Source: a virus. Taken from it: DNA of 60,484 bases. Below, piece after piece: positions 13,982 through 22,969 of this stretch. Positions within the stretch are counted from its first letter, which is position 1. Each line of letters starts with the position of its first letter. Made by a program: the position numbers and the translations under genes. The stretch is from the IMG/VR virus record IMGVR_UViG_3300035145_002886. The stretch is one strand, 5' to 3'. The notes beneath the pieces are model-generated. The model was not told where the DNA came from, did not search any database, and was given only the letters and a program-made list of their open reading frames with translations.

Positions 13982-14455
13982 TTAAAAATTTGGATTTGTT
14001 ATGCGAATTTCAAAGTCTTTAAATCCTTTGAACTGTTCCTCATCTGCATTTAATCTACGTACTATTGTGTCGTTTACGTCATTGCGATAATTAAGCCTTT
14101 CAATTCTGGTTTTACGATCAATATCGAGATAGATTACAACGCATTGGTCACGATATTCTTTTGGTAAAATATCAAGGCCGTCCTTGCTCATAATCATGAC
14201 ATCCGCATTCTCGAAGTCTTCTTTAGTCTGACCATAGTACCATCCATTAAAATACATGTACTCTACAAATTGACCCTCTTCGATCATTTGTTTAAAAAGA
14301 TCATCATCAATAAAGTGATAATCAACTCCGTCCTGTTCTCCTTCTCTAGGTTTTCTAGTGGTGTGACTAACACCGATTCTAAATCCTTTATGGTAAAGTC
14401 TGTTCTTTAAGAAGTCTTTGCCTGATGCTGCTTTTCCTACTAGTATTAATTTCAT
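13982..14455 (-). CDS. gmk: guanylate kinase
   Basis: P-loop GKAASGKD, SHTTRKPREGEQDGVDYHF and NGWYYG. Confidence 0.92.
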   Translation of the reverse strand: MKLILVGKAASGKDFLKNRLYHKGFRIGVSHTTRKPREGEQDGVDYHFIDDDLFKQMIEEGQFVEYMYFNGWYYGQTKEDFENADVMIMSKDGLDILPKEYRDQCVVIYLDIDRKTRIERLNYRNDVNDTIVRRLNADEEQFKGFKDFEIRITNPNF

Positions 14456-15315
14456 GCGTTTTTATATGCTTTTGGGTTAGGTAAGCCTGAATAGTAATCC
14501 CATTCAGAATTCATATCTATTGTGTCCCATTTTGGGTCATACCAAAATCTTCTACCTGTTTTATCCACAACTTGTGCCATTGTTTCATTTCCGTAGCATA
14601 AAAAGAATGTGGATCTTGTTCTAATATAGTCGGTGTCGTTTTTAAATGGATTTTTCCAGTCCTTGATTTCTCCACCTCCCATAATATATGCAAGTTCTGG
14701 AACGGCTTTACATAACATAAAGAGTTCCTTTCCGTGCTCTTCGATTATTTGACGAGACTCCATAAATGGATAAACGTCTTCCATTCGGTAGAGAATCTCT
14801 GCTCTAAGGTAATTACCAATCCCGTTAAAGTACTTTTGGTTCATTAGCACCTCATTGATTGGCTTATTAAATTCCTTTTTGTCCAGATTCGATAAGATAT
14901 TCTCCTTAAAGTCTTCAAATTCTTTTACTGGACAGGGTCCTCGGTTTTCTGACCACTCAAATCCAGGCTTCCACTTACCAAATCGACGTACATCGACAAA
15001 TGAGAGGGTATGGTTGTCATCTGATAGGAACATAAAATGCGCATGTTTATTCTCCTCTCCAGTCTTTGAAAGCCTGAAGTGGCCCGCCATCCCCATCGTC
15101 CATCTCACAGGAAGAACCTCGTCTGAATTATAATCATATAGGTAGACTATCAATTCTTTTCCTCGACTCATCGCTTGAATATTGAACTTCTCAAACGGAA
15201 CTTCAAACATCTCACCCTTGTGTTGAGGATTCTTTTTAACGCCAGTATATGTTCTGCTCTCAGAGGCTTTATTAATATAATCGGCTGTTAGTCTAAGCTC
15301 AGCTAATTCAGGCAT
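14452..15315 (-). CDS. nei: Fpg/Nei-family DNA glycosylase, NEIL1-like
   Basis: N-terminal MPE, RGKEL, GMAG, DVRRFG, H2TH motif FNGIGNYLRAEILYR; no Cys4 zinc finger. Confidence 0.92.
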   Translation of the reverse strand: MPELAELRLTADYINKASESRTYTGVKKNPQHKGEMFEVPFEKFNIQAMSRGKELIVYLYDYNSDEVLPVRWTMGMAGHFRLSKTGEENKHAHFMFLSDDNHTLSFVDVRRFGKWKPGFEWSENRGPCPVKEFEDFKENILSNLDKKEFNKPINEVLMNQKYFNGIGNYLRAEILYRMEDVYPFMESRQIIEEHGKELFMLCKAVPELAYIMGGGEIKDWKNPFKNDTDYIRTRSTFFLCYGNETMAQVVDKTGRRFWYDPKWDTIDMNSEWDYYSGLPNPKAYKNA

Positions 15316-15351
15316 GCTCTGTCTCGTTTATCATTGATAGGTTCCAGTATA

Positions 15352-15744
15352 TTATCCATTTACTTGACGATTTACAAGGTCAATAGGAAACTTATAACGC
15401 TTACCATCTCTAGTGTTTTCAACTAGGATTGGATATTTAGAGCTTCTGGATTTGTAACCTATAATGGTATATGTCCCACCTCTAAATTCGAAAGAATCAC
15501 CCAGATTTGCTTGAATACCTTTGTAGTTCTTATAGCGATTAAAATCGAGAGCCTCTTTTGTCATAACTTGACCTCCTTCTGAAACTGTCATCATCTCAAA
15601 TTTTGAGGTGGCATTACGACCAGAGAAACGAGTGTTTCCCATCTTGATTTCGAGACCATACTTAGCAGCGACTGCTTTCATTGCTTCTTCCATTTCATTG
15701 TTGATCTGGCGAAGATTGACTTTAGTAAATTCTTGTACTTTCAT
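15352..15744 (-). CDS. hypothetical protein
   Basis: 130 aa, after an early promoter. Confidence 0.8.
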   Translation of the reverse strand: MKVQEFTKVNLRQINNEMEEAMKAVAAKYGLEIKMGNTRFSGRNATSKFEMMTVSEGGQVMTKEALDFNRYKNYKGIQANLGDSFEFRGGTYTIIGYKSRSSKYPILVENTRDGKRYKFPIDLVNRQVNG

Positions 15745-15821
15745 GTGTATTGCTTTTAATTATAGTACTAATATAAACATTTTTCTTGACATAAAAAAAT
15801 CTGGATTGAATTTTTTTCAAA

Positions 15822-16082
15822 TTATTTTTCAATCCAAACCTCTCCATCCTCTGCTTTACGGACGATTCCATAAATAGGGACTGGGTAGTACATTGTTCTG
15901 ATATGACCTTGACTGCCCTTTTCTACGGTCATTGTAAACCAAGGTTCATTATAATACTCTTCTAGCTTTTCGCTTCTACACTTAAGAGTTCCCATCAAGG
16001 TTCCACCTGCAAATTTAAAGATATACTTCTCTCCAATTTTTGGTTTCTTAACTGCTACTACTTGTTTTGCCTTTTTAGCCAT
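15822..16082 (-). CDS. hypothetical protein
   Basis: 86 aa, after an early promoter. Confidence 0.75.
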   Translation of the reverse strand: MAKKAKQVVAVKKPKIGEKYIFKFAGGTLMGTLKCRSEKLEEYYNEPWFTMTVEKGSQGHIRTMYYPVPIYGIVRKAEDGEVWIEK

Positions 16083-16156
16083 ATTGTTTCTTTTAATTAC
16101 TATACAAATATAAACAAAAAAGCTGACATAAAAAAATTTAAAGCAAATTATTTTAA

Positions 16157-16834
16157 TTAATATCCTGGGTTATATTCTTTTCTTAGCAACAGGATTACGT
16201 CAACAGCGTCTTCAACTGCATCGTGTGCAACCTCTTCTGGAAGATTTGCCCTTTTCTTACATAGACCTAACCCAGGAAGACTATTATCCTCTTTCCAATC
16301 TACATAAAGAATGCTTGGATCTAAAATTCTTTGGCGAACCCTAATCAATTGTTTCCATCTTGGCAATTTCTCTAAAAACTTAAGGTCAAATGTACCGAAG
16401 TTCTTACCAGCTACTGTGATATTTACCGGTTTGGTGCTATTAGTAATCGCTGGTAACATTTTACCGTTCTCCATCTTTACATAACCGCCAGAATTCCAAG
16501 GAATAAAATCATTTTGAGCGAGCCAATAATAAAATGCCTCAACAATCTCGTTTTTATCGTAGAATTTCATACCACTAGTGCCTTCAAGTAAGTTTCTATC
16601 CTCTTTAGTCTTCGAGGTTTGGTATCTAACCATCAATTCAATTAGATCCTTATTCATATTAAGTGCATATGGATCTCCTGAAATTTCTCTGCTTAAAACA
16701 ACACCGTGAAATGTTGGCAAATCTTTGACCGGCATGATATTATCAGTGTCTTCGATAACTGCACCAATACTTAATACCTGGCATGTCTCTGGATTAAGTC
16801 CAGTCGTCTCAATGTCGATCGAAATATATCGCAT
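16157..16834 (-). CDS. DEDDh 3'-5' exonuclease (DnaQ-like)
   Basis: SIDIETTG, GKNFGTFD and AHDAVEDA. Confidence 0.9.
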   Translation of the reverse strand: MRYISIDIETTGLNPETCQVLSIGAVIEDTDNIMPVKDLPTFHGVVLSREISGDPYALNMNKDLIELMVRYQTSKTKEDRNLLEGTSGMKFYDKNEIVEAFYYWLAQNDFIPWNSGGYVKMENGKMLPAITNSTKPVNITVAGKNFGTFDLKFLEKLPRWKQLIRVRQRILDPSILYVDWKEDNSLPGLGLCKKRANLPEEVAHDAVEDAVDVILLLRKEYNPGY

Positions 16835-16846
16835 TTTATGTTTATT

Positions 16847-17488
16847 TTAATTGTTAAATTTATATCTCCAAATGAATCCTCCCGCAGATTTTCTATTAGA
16901 ATTTATATTTGTCGAAGACGAAATGTTTCTTTGATTAATTTTTAAGGCAATAGAAGCTGCAGTACAACTTTCCCACTCTTTAATAAAATTAAACTCTTTA
17001 TCATATTGTAGAATTGGTTTATTTGTCTTTTCAAAAAAAGAAGCAGGATGCTTCTTTCCTTTTCTAGCAATTGATATTTTTTCTACAGTTTCTTTAGAAG
17101 CTTTTTTGCCTTTTCTATTTGTATTTCCTTTCTGAGAATCTGACATTTTTTTTCTAGCTTCTTCTGAAAAAATATATCCATTTTCAACAATATCTCTATC
17201 ATTTTTAATGTCATATTTTTTTCTATATTCGAGTATTAAAAACTCTTCTCTTCTTTTAACATCTTCAATGTCTTTATAATTTTCAATTTTATCAATAATT
17301 TCCATTATTGGTTTTAAATCTTTATCTAAAAGACTTTTAATCCATGCTCCCTTTCTATCTTTGCTACCATCTTTTTTACCAGAGTGTATATGCTGTCTAT
17401 ATCTTACTTTAGGTTGAACACTTCGGCCGACATATTTAATATCGTTTGTCATAGGACATTTAAGCACATAAAAATAAACTGGTTTCAT
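16847..17488 (-). CDS. free-standing GIY-YIG homing endonuclease with NUMOD3/NUMOD1-like domains
   Basis: YFYVL...YVGRS...R...H, SEEARKKMS/SKETVEKIS repeats and KPILQYD...SAGGFIWRY; very AT-rich. Confidence 0.88.
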   Translation of the reverse strand: MKPVYFYVLKCPMTNDIKYVGRSVQPKVRYRQHIHSGKKDGSKDRKGAWIKSLLDKDLKPIMEIIDKIENYKDIEDVKRREEFLILEYRKKYDIKNDRDIVENGYIFSEEARKKMSDSQKGNTNRKGKKASKETVEKISIARKGKKHPASFFEKTNKPILQYDKEFNFIKEWESCTAASIALKINQRNISSSTNINSNRKSAGGFIWRYKFNN

Positions 17489-17565
17489 TAGTAAAATATT
17501 TTTTATTTATATATCTCACCAATGTGTTAAAAATATCTATGCTTACATATTTCATAATCTTCTAT

Positions 17566-18189
17566 TTAATATTTCTCAGGAAGTACTGTATGACTACAAC
17601 GATCCCTGTCCTGCATTAATTCTAATACTTCTTCTATTGGAATTGGTTTAAAATTGTTTCCTTCAACGCCAACGTCCATTGACATATTGTTGTGAATTCT
17701 AAGATGTGGAGGAAGGTGTAGGTGTCCATGAAGGTGAATAACACCATGACACATTCCATTCCAACTTGCAATTGGATAATGGCATAGTACAAACCGATGT
17801 TTGGTACCCTCAATATCAAATACAGTTAGGAAAAGGTATTCTTGGACTGAATTAAATAGGGACTTCATCTCTTCACCATCCGTATTAAATCTCCAATCGT
17901 GATTACCCAACACTAAGTGAACATTTTTACAATTGATTTGTTTTCTAAAGTCCCGAACTGCCTCAATTCCGCCAAATGCAAAGTCTCCTAAATGAAAAAG
18001 ATAATCGTCCTTACCAACACACTCATTTATCCTATCTACCAGTTCACCGTTCATCCGTTCAAGGCTACTAAAATCCCGTGTTTTGGATTTATCATCCCAG
18101 GTTGTAGTTGCCTTACAGATGTTGCCGTGGTTATAGTGTGAATCACTAGTAAACCAAACCTTCTGACCTTTCTTTAACTGTATCTTCAC
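17566..18189 (-). CDS. calcineurin-like metallophosphoesterase
   Basis: TSDSHYNH, HLGDF, GNHD, CHYP, HGHLH and DVGV. Confidence 0.92.
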   Translation of the reverse strand: MKIQLKKGQKVWFTSDSHYNHGNICKATTTWDDKSKTRDFSSLERMNGELVDRINECVGKDDYLFHLGDFAFGGIEAVRDFRKQINCKNVHLVLGNHDWRFNTDGEEMKSLFNSVQEYLFLTVFDIEGTKHRFVLCHYPIASWNGMCHGVIHLHGHLHLPPHLRIHNNMSMDVGVEGNNFKPIPIEEVLELMQDRDRCSHTVLPEKY

Positions 18190-18199
18190 CTATATTATA

Positions 18200-19261
18200 T
18201 TAAAGAGACTTAACAAGTTTCAAGTGGTCAGTAATCATTTTGCGAATTTTTTCGATTGTCTTTTTAGCCTGAGGACTCTCGGCTTTATTAAATTTAGAGG
18301 CATTGTACATCTTCATCATCTTTTGTTCGTACTTGTTGATGACTGCCTTTAAGAACTGGTCCTTTGACTTATATTTAATAGAACCGCCAAATTCATCTAA
18401 GTTATCAAGTGTATCAGCAAGAGCTTTTATCCCTCCGAACAATTCTTGCATCGATGGATTATGGGTGTCCATTTTCCAGTTAATCAGAGCATCGCCAGGC
18501 GCAAAAGGTTTTGTTGATGATTGTTCCCAAAAGAATTTTGCAATGTCAACCAGAAAGCTTCTGATGTCACTAGAGACTAATATTTCTTCGACACCTGCCC
18601 TTTTTGAATATGGCACTAAGATTCCATCCTTTACCTTTGCTCTAACGCCCTTTAGCTGAACTGACAGGTCTAAAACTTCACCAAACGCAGAGTACATATT
18701 TCCAAGGATAAATCCTTTTATATTTCTGATTGGTGTTAGTCTTGATAGAGCCCAGTCTTTATATTCTTCGTGACTTGCTACCAGGTCTACTTGAACGTAA
18801 CCATCCTCTCCGTCAACATCAATCATAACTACAAGGTGAACTGCTCCCAAGTCTGAAACTTTACGAGTCTCTTCTGGATCGATTCCAGAGGGTCTAGCTT
18901 TTTCAAGCCAGTTCATTAACTCGTCATTATAGATTCTGACGCTTTCTGCCTCGTTCTTTTTGGTATTTTCACCATGGATTTTAAGAGTTGGGTAAATTGT
19001 CAAGACGTCGACGTCTCCATAAAGCTTATCTGGATAGTTTTCAAGGTCGTCCTTCCACCAGGTTCCTGAGCCTACAGGTTGGCCAAAGTCCATTTCTGGT
19101 AAATCAATTGATTTAAGATGTTTATTGAATTGAGCATTTACCCGTGCTAGAATCTCAACAGTCTTTTTAATTGCCATTGGGTTTAGGACAGTGTTCTGAG
19201 TCTTGACTGTACTCCAGCCTCCCTCTGTAATAAATTGCTCAAACAATAGTACTTTCTTCAT
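18200..19261 (-). CDS. Pol-beta-superfamily nucleotidyltransferase with a putative head-targeting N-terminus
   Basis: VGSG...GDVDVL...QVDL catalytic triad; N-terminus MKKVLLFEQFITE. Confidence 0.7.
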   Translation of the reverse strand: MKKVLLFEQFITEGGWSTVKTQNTVLNPMAIKKTVEILARVNAQFNKHLKSIDLPEMDFGQPVGSGTWWKDDLENYPDKLYGDVDVLTIYPTLKIHGENTKKNEAESVRIYNDELMNWLEKARPSGIDPEETRKVSDLGAVHLVVMIDVDGEDGYVQVDLVASHEEYKDWALSRLTPIRNIKGFILGNMYSAFGEVLDLSVQLKGVRAKVKDGILVPYSKRAGVEEILVSSDIRSFLVDIAKFFWEQSSTKPFAPGDALINWKMDTHNPSMQELFGGIKALADTLDNLDEFGGSIKYKSKDQFLKAVINKYEQKMMKMYNASKFNKAESPQAKKTIEKIRKMITDHLKLVKSL

Positions 19262-19271
19262 ACTGTATATA

Positions 19272-19655
19272 TTACAATGATTTCATCAACCTTTCGATCC
19301 TCTCTTGTTTTTCGATAGTTCGTAAATGCTTCTTCATCCTCTTCAGAGCTCTTTTGTATCTGCGAGTCATGTGTGAGAATATGTTATAATTCTGTAAGAA
19401 TCCTACCGTCCATCTAATCCTTCCGTTAATATATGCGCCGTTGTAATTTAGCGTAAATGCAAATTGTATTTTTTCTCCATTCTTATTAATATAATCGGGG
19501 CTATGCCATTCTGTCCAACTGTCTCCAGGACCTCCTCCACAGTATTTAATTTTCCATTGATCGTAGTCCTTCTCTAGTGAGTCAATCATGCGACTAAAAT
19601 ACAATCTATTAACTCTCTCTAGACTAACGCCTGTCTTCCATTTTTGACCAATCAT
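19272..19655 (-). CDS. hypothetical protein
   Basis: 127-aa ORF. Confidence 0.75.
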   Translation of the reverse strand: MIGQKWKTGVSLERVNRLYFSRMIDSLEKDYDQWKIKYCGGGPGDSWTEWHSPDYINKNGEKIQFAFTLNYNGAYINGRIRWTVGFLQNYNIFSHMTRRYKRALKRMKKHLRTIEKQERIERLMKSL

Positions 19656-19966
19656 ATCTCTACAAATTTATCTTTATAATATTCACCAAGCATGCCATGG
19701 AGCATCCAACCCATAATATCGGCATCGATTAAAATAGGCAAATGAAACCCGATTAAAGCATCTAGATTGTTAATAGTAAGAGGCCTAGCATTTGGATTGC
19801 CACCCATCAATTCAATCTTTTCTTGGGCATTATTTAAATCGAATGCTAAAACATAAAAAGGTCTATCATAATGTCTAGCGCCTTCAATTGTCAATGTTGT
19901 ATTACCTACTCTTCGATTACTTTTAATGTAACTTAGCAGTTTTTCTGCTGTTTTTATATGATTCAT
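19652..19966 (-). CDS. hypothetical protein (degenerate P-loop-like RRVGNTT)
   Basis: 104-aa ORF with ATGA coupling. Confidence 0.7.
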   Translation of the reverse strand: MNHIKTAEKLLSYIKSNRRVGNTTLTIEGARHYDRPFYVLAFDLNNAQEKIELMGGNPNARPLTINNLDALIGFHLPILIDADIMGWMLHGMLGEYYKDKFVEI

Positions 19967-20649
19967 AAGAATTCTATTTGATTATTTTTTGGATCCCATT
20001 CTATAGTTAATGGATTATTTACCACGCTATATCTTTCGTTTAGAACAGATGCGTTGATAAAGTGCGTACCATTATGGAACTTATATCCATAGCTTCCATG
20101 GATATGTCCGAATACATGGATCTTTGGCTTAATTGTATCGACTCGATTTCTCAAGATTTCACAGCCAAGATCTCCTTCAAACCAAGGCTCTCCACTAACA
20201 TCAAGATGTCCTTGGGGAGGTCCATGAGTTACCAAAATATCGACGTCTTCTGGAATGTTGTTCCAAACTTTTTCAAGTTCTTCACCGCATCTTGGAAGAT
20301 TGAATGCCCAATTGTAAAATTCAGGCTGCCATGGGCTACCATAAATTTTTACGAAAGGCCTTTCTCCTCCTCCGAAGATAATCTCGCTATCTTGCATATA
20401 GTCAATAGTGTATTCATTAACTATCTTTGCAACTCGATCAGGGTCATCCTCAAACAAACGATCATGATTACCTGCAATAAAAGCGCACGTCTCATAATTC
20501 TGAGATTCAAACCAATTACAAAAATCATCTATTTCTTGAGCATTATACCCACTGTTCATAATGTCTCCGGAATGGATTAAAAGGTCTCCACCTGGTAAAT
20601 CTAGTTGCCGATGTTTAGTGTGAGTATCGCTGATAAATGTTATCTTCAT
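19963..20649 (-). CDS. metallophosphoesterase (MPPED/239FB-like)
   Basis: ISDTH, HSGD, AGNHD, THGPP and FGHIH. Confidence 0.92.
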   Translation of the reverse strand: MKITFISDTHTKHRQLDLPGGDLLIHSGDIMNSGYNAQEIDDFCNWFESQNYETCAFIAGNHDRLFEDDPDRVAKIVNEYTIDYMQDSEIIFGGGERPFVKIYGSPWQPEFYNWAFNLPRCGEELEKVWNNIPEDVDILVTHGPPQGHLDVSGEPWFEGDLGCEILRNRVDTIKPKIHVFGHIHGSYGYKFHNGTHFINASVLNERYSVVNNPLTIEWDPKNNQIEFL

Positions 20650-20759
20650 TTCTTTTGCTTATGTATTTAATTACAGTACTAATATAAACCTTTTTCTTGA
20701 CATAAAAAAATCTAGAGGCAATTATTTGATCTCTTTGGTTTTAAATTACTTTATGGTGT

Positions 20760-20948
20760 TTATTGGCTTAGTTCCAATTTTCTTACCAACCAACCTCCAA
20801 CATCAATTTCATCACTCTTCCTAAATATTCTCCAAACCCTACCTTTAATAATTAATTCATCATTAATTGGTTGGTAAAGAAAATCATCAATCCTTTTGGC
20901 TACTGTCCCGTCAGGGTAGTAAATTAAAGTCTGTACTTTTTGTGTCAT
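20760..20948 (-). CDS. small cassette protein (62 aa)
   Basis: ORF track; ends in motif B. Confidence 0.7.
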   Translation of the reverse strand: MTQKVQTLIYYPDGTVAKRIDDFLYQPINDELIIKGRVWRIFRKSDEIDVGGWLVRKLELSQ

Positions 20949-20999
20949 AATTTCATCTTAAACTGTTTGTATGGTGTTTATTGGGGGTTAGCATTAATA

Positions 21000-21155
21000 C
21001 TAACCACATTGGTCTAAATTGTCGTAAACCTCTTTGCTTGGACATATTCTAATATGGAATAGGTACAAGCTAATTAATATAAATTCAGAACATTTGTAAT
21101 AATCAAATATTCTTCCTTTTCCAACTCCTTTTCCTTTAATAAATTTTATATACAT
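21000..21155 (-). CDS. small cassette protein (51 aa)
   Basis: MYIKFIKGKGVGKGRIFDYY...NLDQCG* between motif B copies. Confidence 0.5.
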   Translation of the reverse strand: MYIKFIKGKGVGKGRIFDYYKCSEFILISLYLFHIRICPSKEVYDNLDQCG

Positions 21156-21223
21156 AGTAGGGTGTTTATTGGGTGTTGTAGGAAATTAAAAAAGACATAC
21201 AACACAGAATATAAATAATAAAA

Positions 21224-21367
21224 TTACTTACCTAACTGCTTTTTAAGTTTTGTGTGTTCTTCAACAAGCTTATTGTGCTTATCAATTAATTCCCTGAGTA
21301 TTCTTGTGGCTGTATTTGCCCAATCTTTTGTATTTGGTAAATCTTCTGTTATTTTTAATTTTTCCAT
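21224..21367 (-). CDS. small cassette protein (47 aa)
   Basis: MEKLKITEDLPNTKDWANTATRILRELIDKHNKLVEEHTKLKKQLGK*. Confidence 0.65.
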   Translation of the reverse strand: MEKLKITEDLPNTKDWANTATRILRELIDKHNKLVEEHTKLKKQLGK

Positions 21368-21402
21368 ATCCGTAATTTTATCTTAAACTAATTGTAGGGT
21401 GT

Positions 21403-21678
21403 TTATTGGGGGTTATGCACATGCGTACTATCAACCCACCAATCGTTGTAATCATTATATCTTACACTTTTAGCATTTGCTATTAAGGTTTTCCCATTTT
21501 TAGGATTGTATTCTTTAAAGAAGTATTTTTTACCTTTATAAGTTACTTCTTGGTTTTCAGCAAAAGTACGTGTGGTAACATCTTCAAATTCATTCAGCAT
21601 TTTTATACAGTTTTGTACTATCCAATCAGGTGTATTAATACCTAGATGCTTCTTAATTAGTTTTTCTTTTTCACTCAT
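21403..21678 (-). CDS. small cassette protein (91 aa)
   Basis: Starts in repeat A and ends in motif B (NPQ*). Confidence 0.75.
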   Translation of the reverse strand: MSEKEKLIKKHLGINTPDWIVQNCIKMLNEFEDVTTRTFAENQEVTYKGKKYFFKEYNPKNGKTLIANAKSVRYNDYNDWWVDSTHVHNPQ

Positions 21679-21708
21679 CTCTCTTTGGTTTTAAATTGTT
21701 ATTGGGGG

Positions 21709-21852
21709 TTAGCAACCATTTACCCACCAAGTCAAACAATTTTTACAAGCGTATGAATTATTGGTTAAGGTAGTTTTATAACCTTTACTTCCACAGGTAG
21801 GGCAAACAGGTTTGCTAACAACACCTAAACTTTTAATTTCTTCTTCACTCAT
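21709..21852 (-). CDS. small zinc-ribbon cassette protein (47 aa)
   Basis: MSEEEIKSLGVVSKPVCPTC...ACKNC...*. Confidence 0.65.
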   Translation of the reverse strand: MSEEEIKSLGVVSKPVCPTCGSKGYKTTLTNNSYACKNCLTWWVNGC

Positions 21853-21971
21853 CTCTCTTTGGTTTTAGGTTTAATAAGGCACTTTGTGCATATTCTATAG
21901 AGTGGCAAACTTTGTGGTATTTTATCTCCACACTGAACGCACCTCTTTTCTTTTATCTCTTTTTCATTCAT
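21849..21971 (-). CDS. small zinc-ribbon cassette protein (40 aa)
   Basis: MNEKEIKEKRCVQCGD...ICTKCLIKPKTKER*. Confidence 0.65.
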   Translation of the reverse strand: MNEKEIKEKRCVQCGDKIPQSLPLYRICTKCLIKPKTKER

Positions 21972-21974
21972 TGT

Positions 21975-22580
21975 TTACATTAAACTTTTAGGAATGTAAA
22001 GAACAGTTGGGTTCTTTTTCTGAATATCAATCTCAGGATAACTTTTCTTAAACTCCATTACGTCAAACCTTTCGGTAATTAAATGTACTCCGCTTTTAGT
22101 TGGAATGGTTGCGATAATTTTATCGCCTAAAGGTCTACATAATTGAATCGAAAGTATAATACTTGAAACTATAGAAGCATCTTTAGTATCTATATCAACG
22201 ACCCATCGTTTTTCTTGTGTCTTAATCTGACCAACCACAGAGTTAAAAACATGTTGTTGATTAATCTGTCCACTCTGTACTCGGTCAACAATAGTCTTAA
22301 TCATATTCATGCCGACATCAAAGTGACTCTGCTTTTGAACGTGAATATATGCTCTGGCTTTAAAGACTTCACATAGGGTTTTAATCTCATCGTAGCGTTT
22401 TTCGAGGTACTCAACTGAACTAATCGTATAGGTCTTGATAGTCCTTACCGACTGATGGTTATCACGTTCTCCTTCAGGTTGGTCCTTCTTGCGCTTCATT
22501 ACATAAAGCATATAGAAGTCACCCTCTTTTTCGAAGTTGAGTAACTCTTTAATCTGTTCTATGTTGTCTATTGCTTTCAT
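21975..22580 (-). CDS. hypothetical phage protein (WVVDID, TKSGVHL motifs; primase-like fold possible)
   Basis: Start moved to MKAIDN (22580) because an early promoter occupies 22587-22635. Confidence 0.8.
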   Translation of the reverse strand: MKAIDNIEQIKELLNFEKEGDFYMLYVMKRKKDQPEGERDNHQSVRTIKTYTISSVEYLEKRYDEIKTLCEVFKARAYIHVQKQSHFDVGMNMIKTIVDRVQSGQINQQHVFNSVVGQIKTQEKRWVVDIDTKDASIVSSIILSIQLCRPLGDKIIATIPTKSGVHLITERFDVMEFKKSYPEIDIQKKNPTVLYIPKSLM

Positions 22581-22696
22581 ATTCTGTTTAATTATAGTAT
22601 AAATATAAACAAAAAAGCTGAGATAAAAAAATCTCAGCTTAATTTTTTTCAATTTCTAACTCTTCGCCATTCCATTGGTCGTCCCAGTAAATAAAA

Positions 22697-22936
22697 TTAT
22701 TGTCCATTATTAACTTCTAAATTAATTTTATCAAATTCAAACTTACCTTTAATAAATTCATTTAGAGCTTTACCTTGTGATTCAGCATTTACAAAGTCAG
22801 AATGTGTTTGTGGATCGACATTATGATATGCATAAGTCGCTCCAGTAAAATGAACTGTAAGGATTTTGTGTTTAAAATCGTAAGAGCTCGATTCGATCAT
22901 CGAGGAATCGTAATGGTTGGTCTGCTTCGTTACCAT
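22697..22936 (-). CDS. KTSC domain protein
   Basis: SSMIESSSYD...LTVHF...YAYHNV...AESQGKALNEFIK. Confidence 0.9.
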   Translation of the reverse strand: MVTKQTNHYDSSMIESSSYDFKHKILTVHFTGATYAYHNVDPQTHSDFVNAESQGKALNEFIKGKFEFDKINLEVNNGQ

Positions 22937-22969
22937 AAAATATCAATTTAGAACTTATATTCTAAATCT

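Larger units (their letters stand above)
20731..21867 (-). repeat. second cassette array: repeat A plus motif B (AACCCCCAATAAACACC)
   Basis: Repeat A at 20731-20745 (partial), 21676-21695 and 21850-21867; motif B at 20755-20766, 20973-20989, 21161-21177, 21398-21414 and 21698-21710. Confidence 0.85.

Noticed and set aside
16847-17488. Group I intron around the GIY-YIG gene
   Set aside because: Both flanking genes are complete and no intron core structure is evident; it is free-standing.
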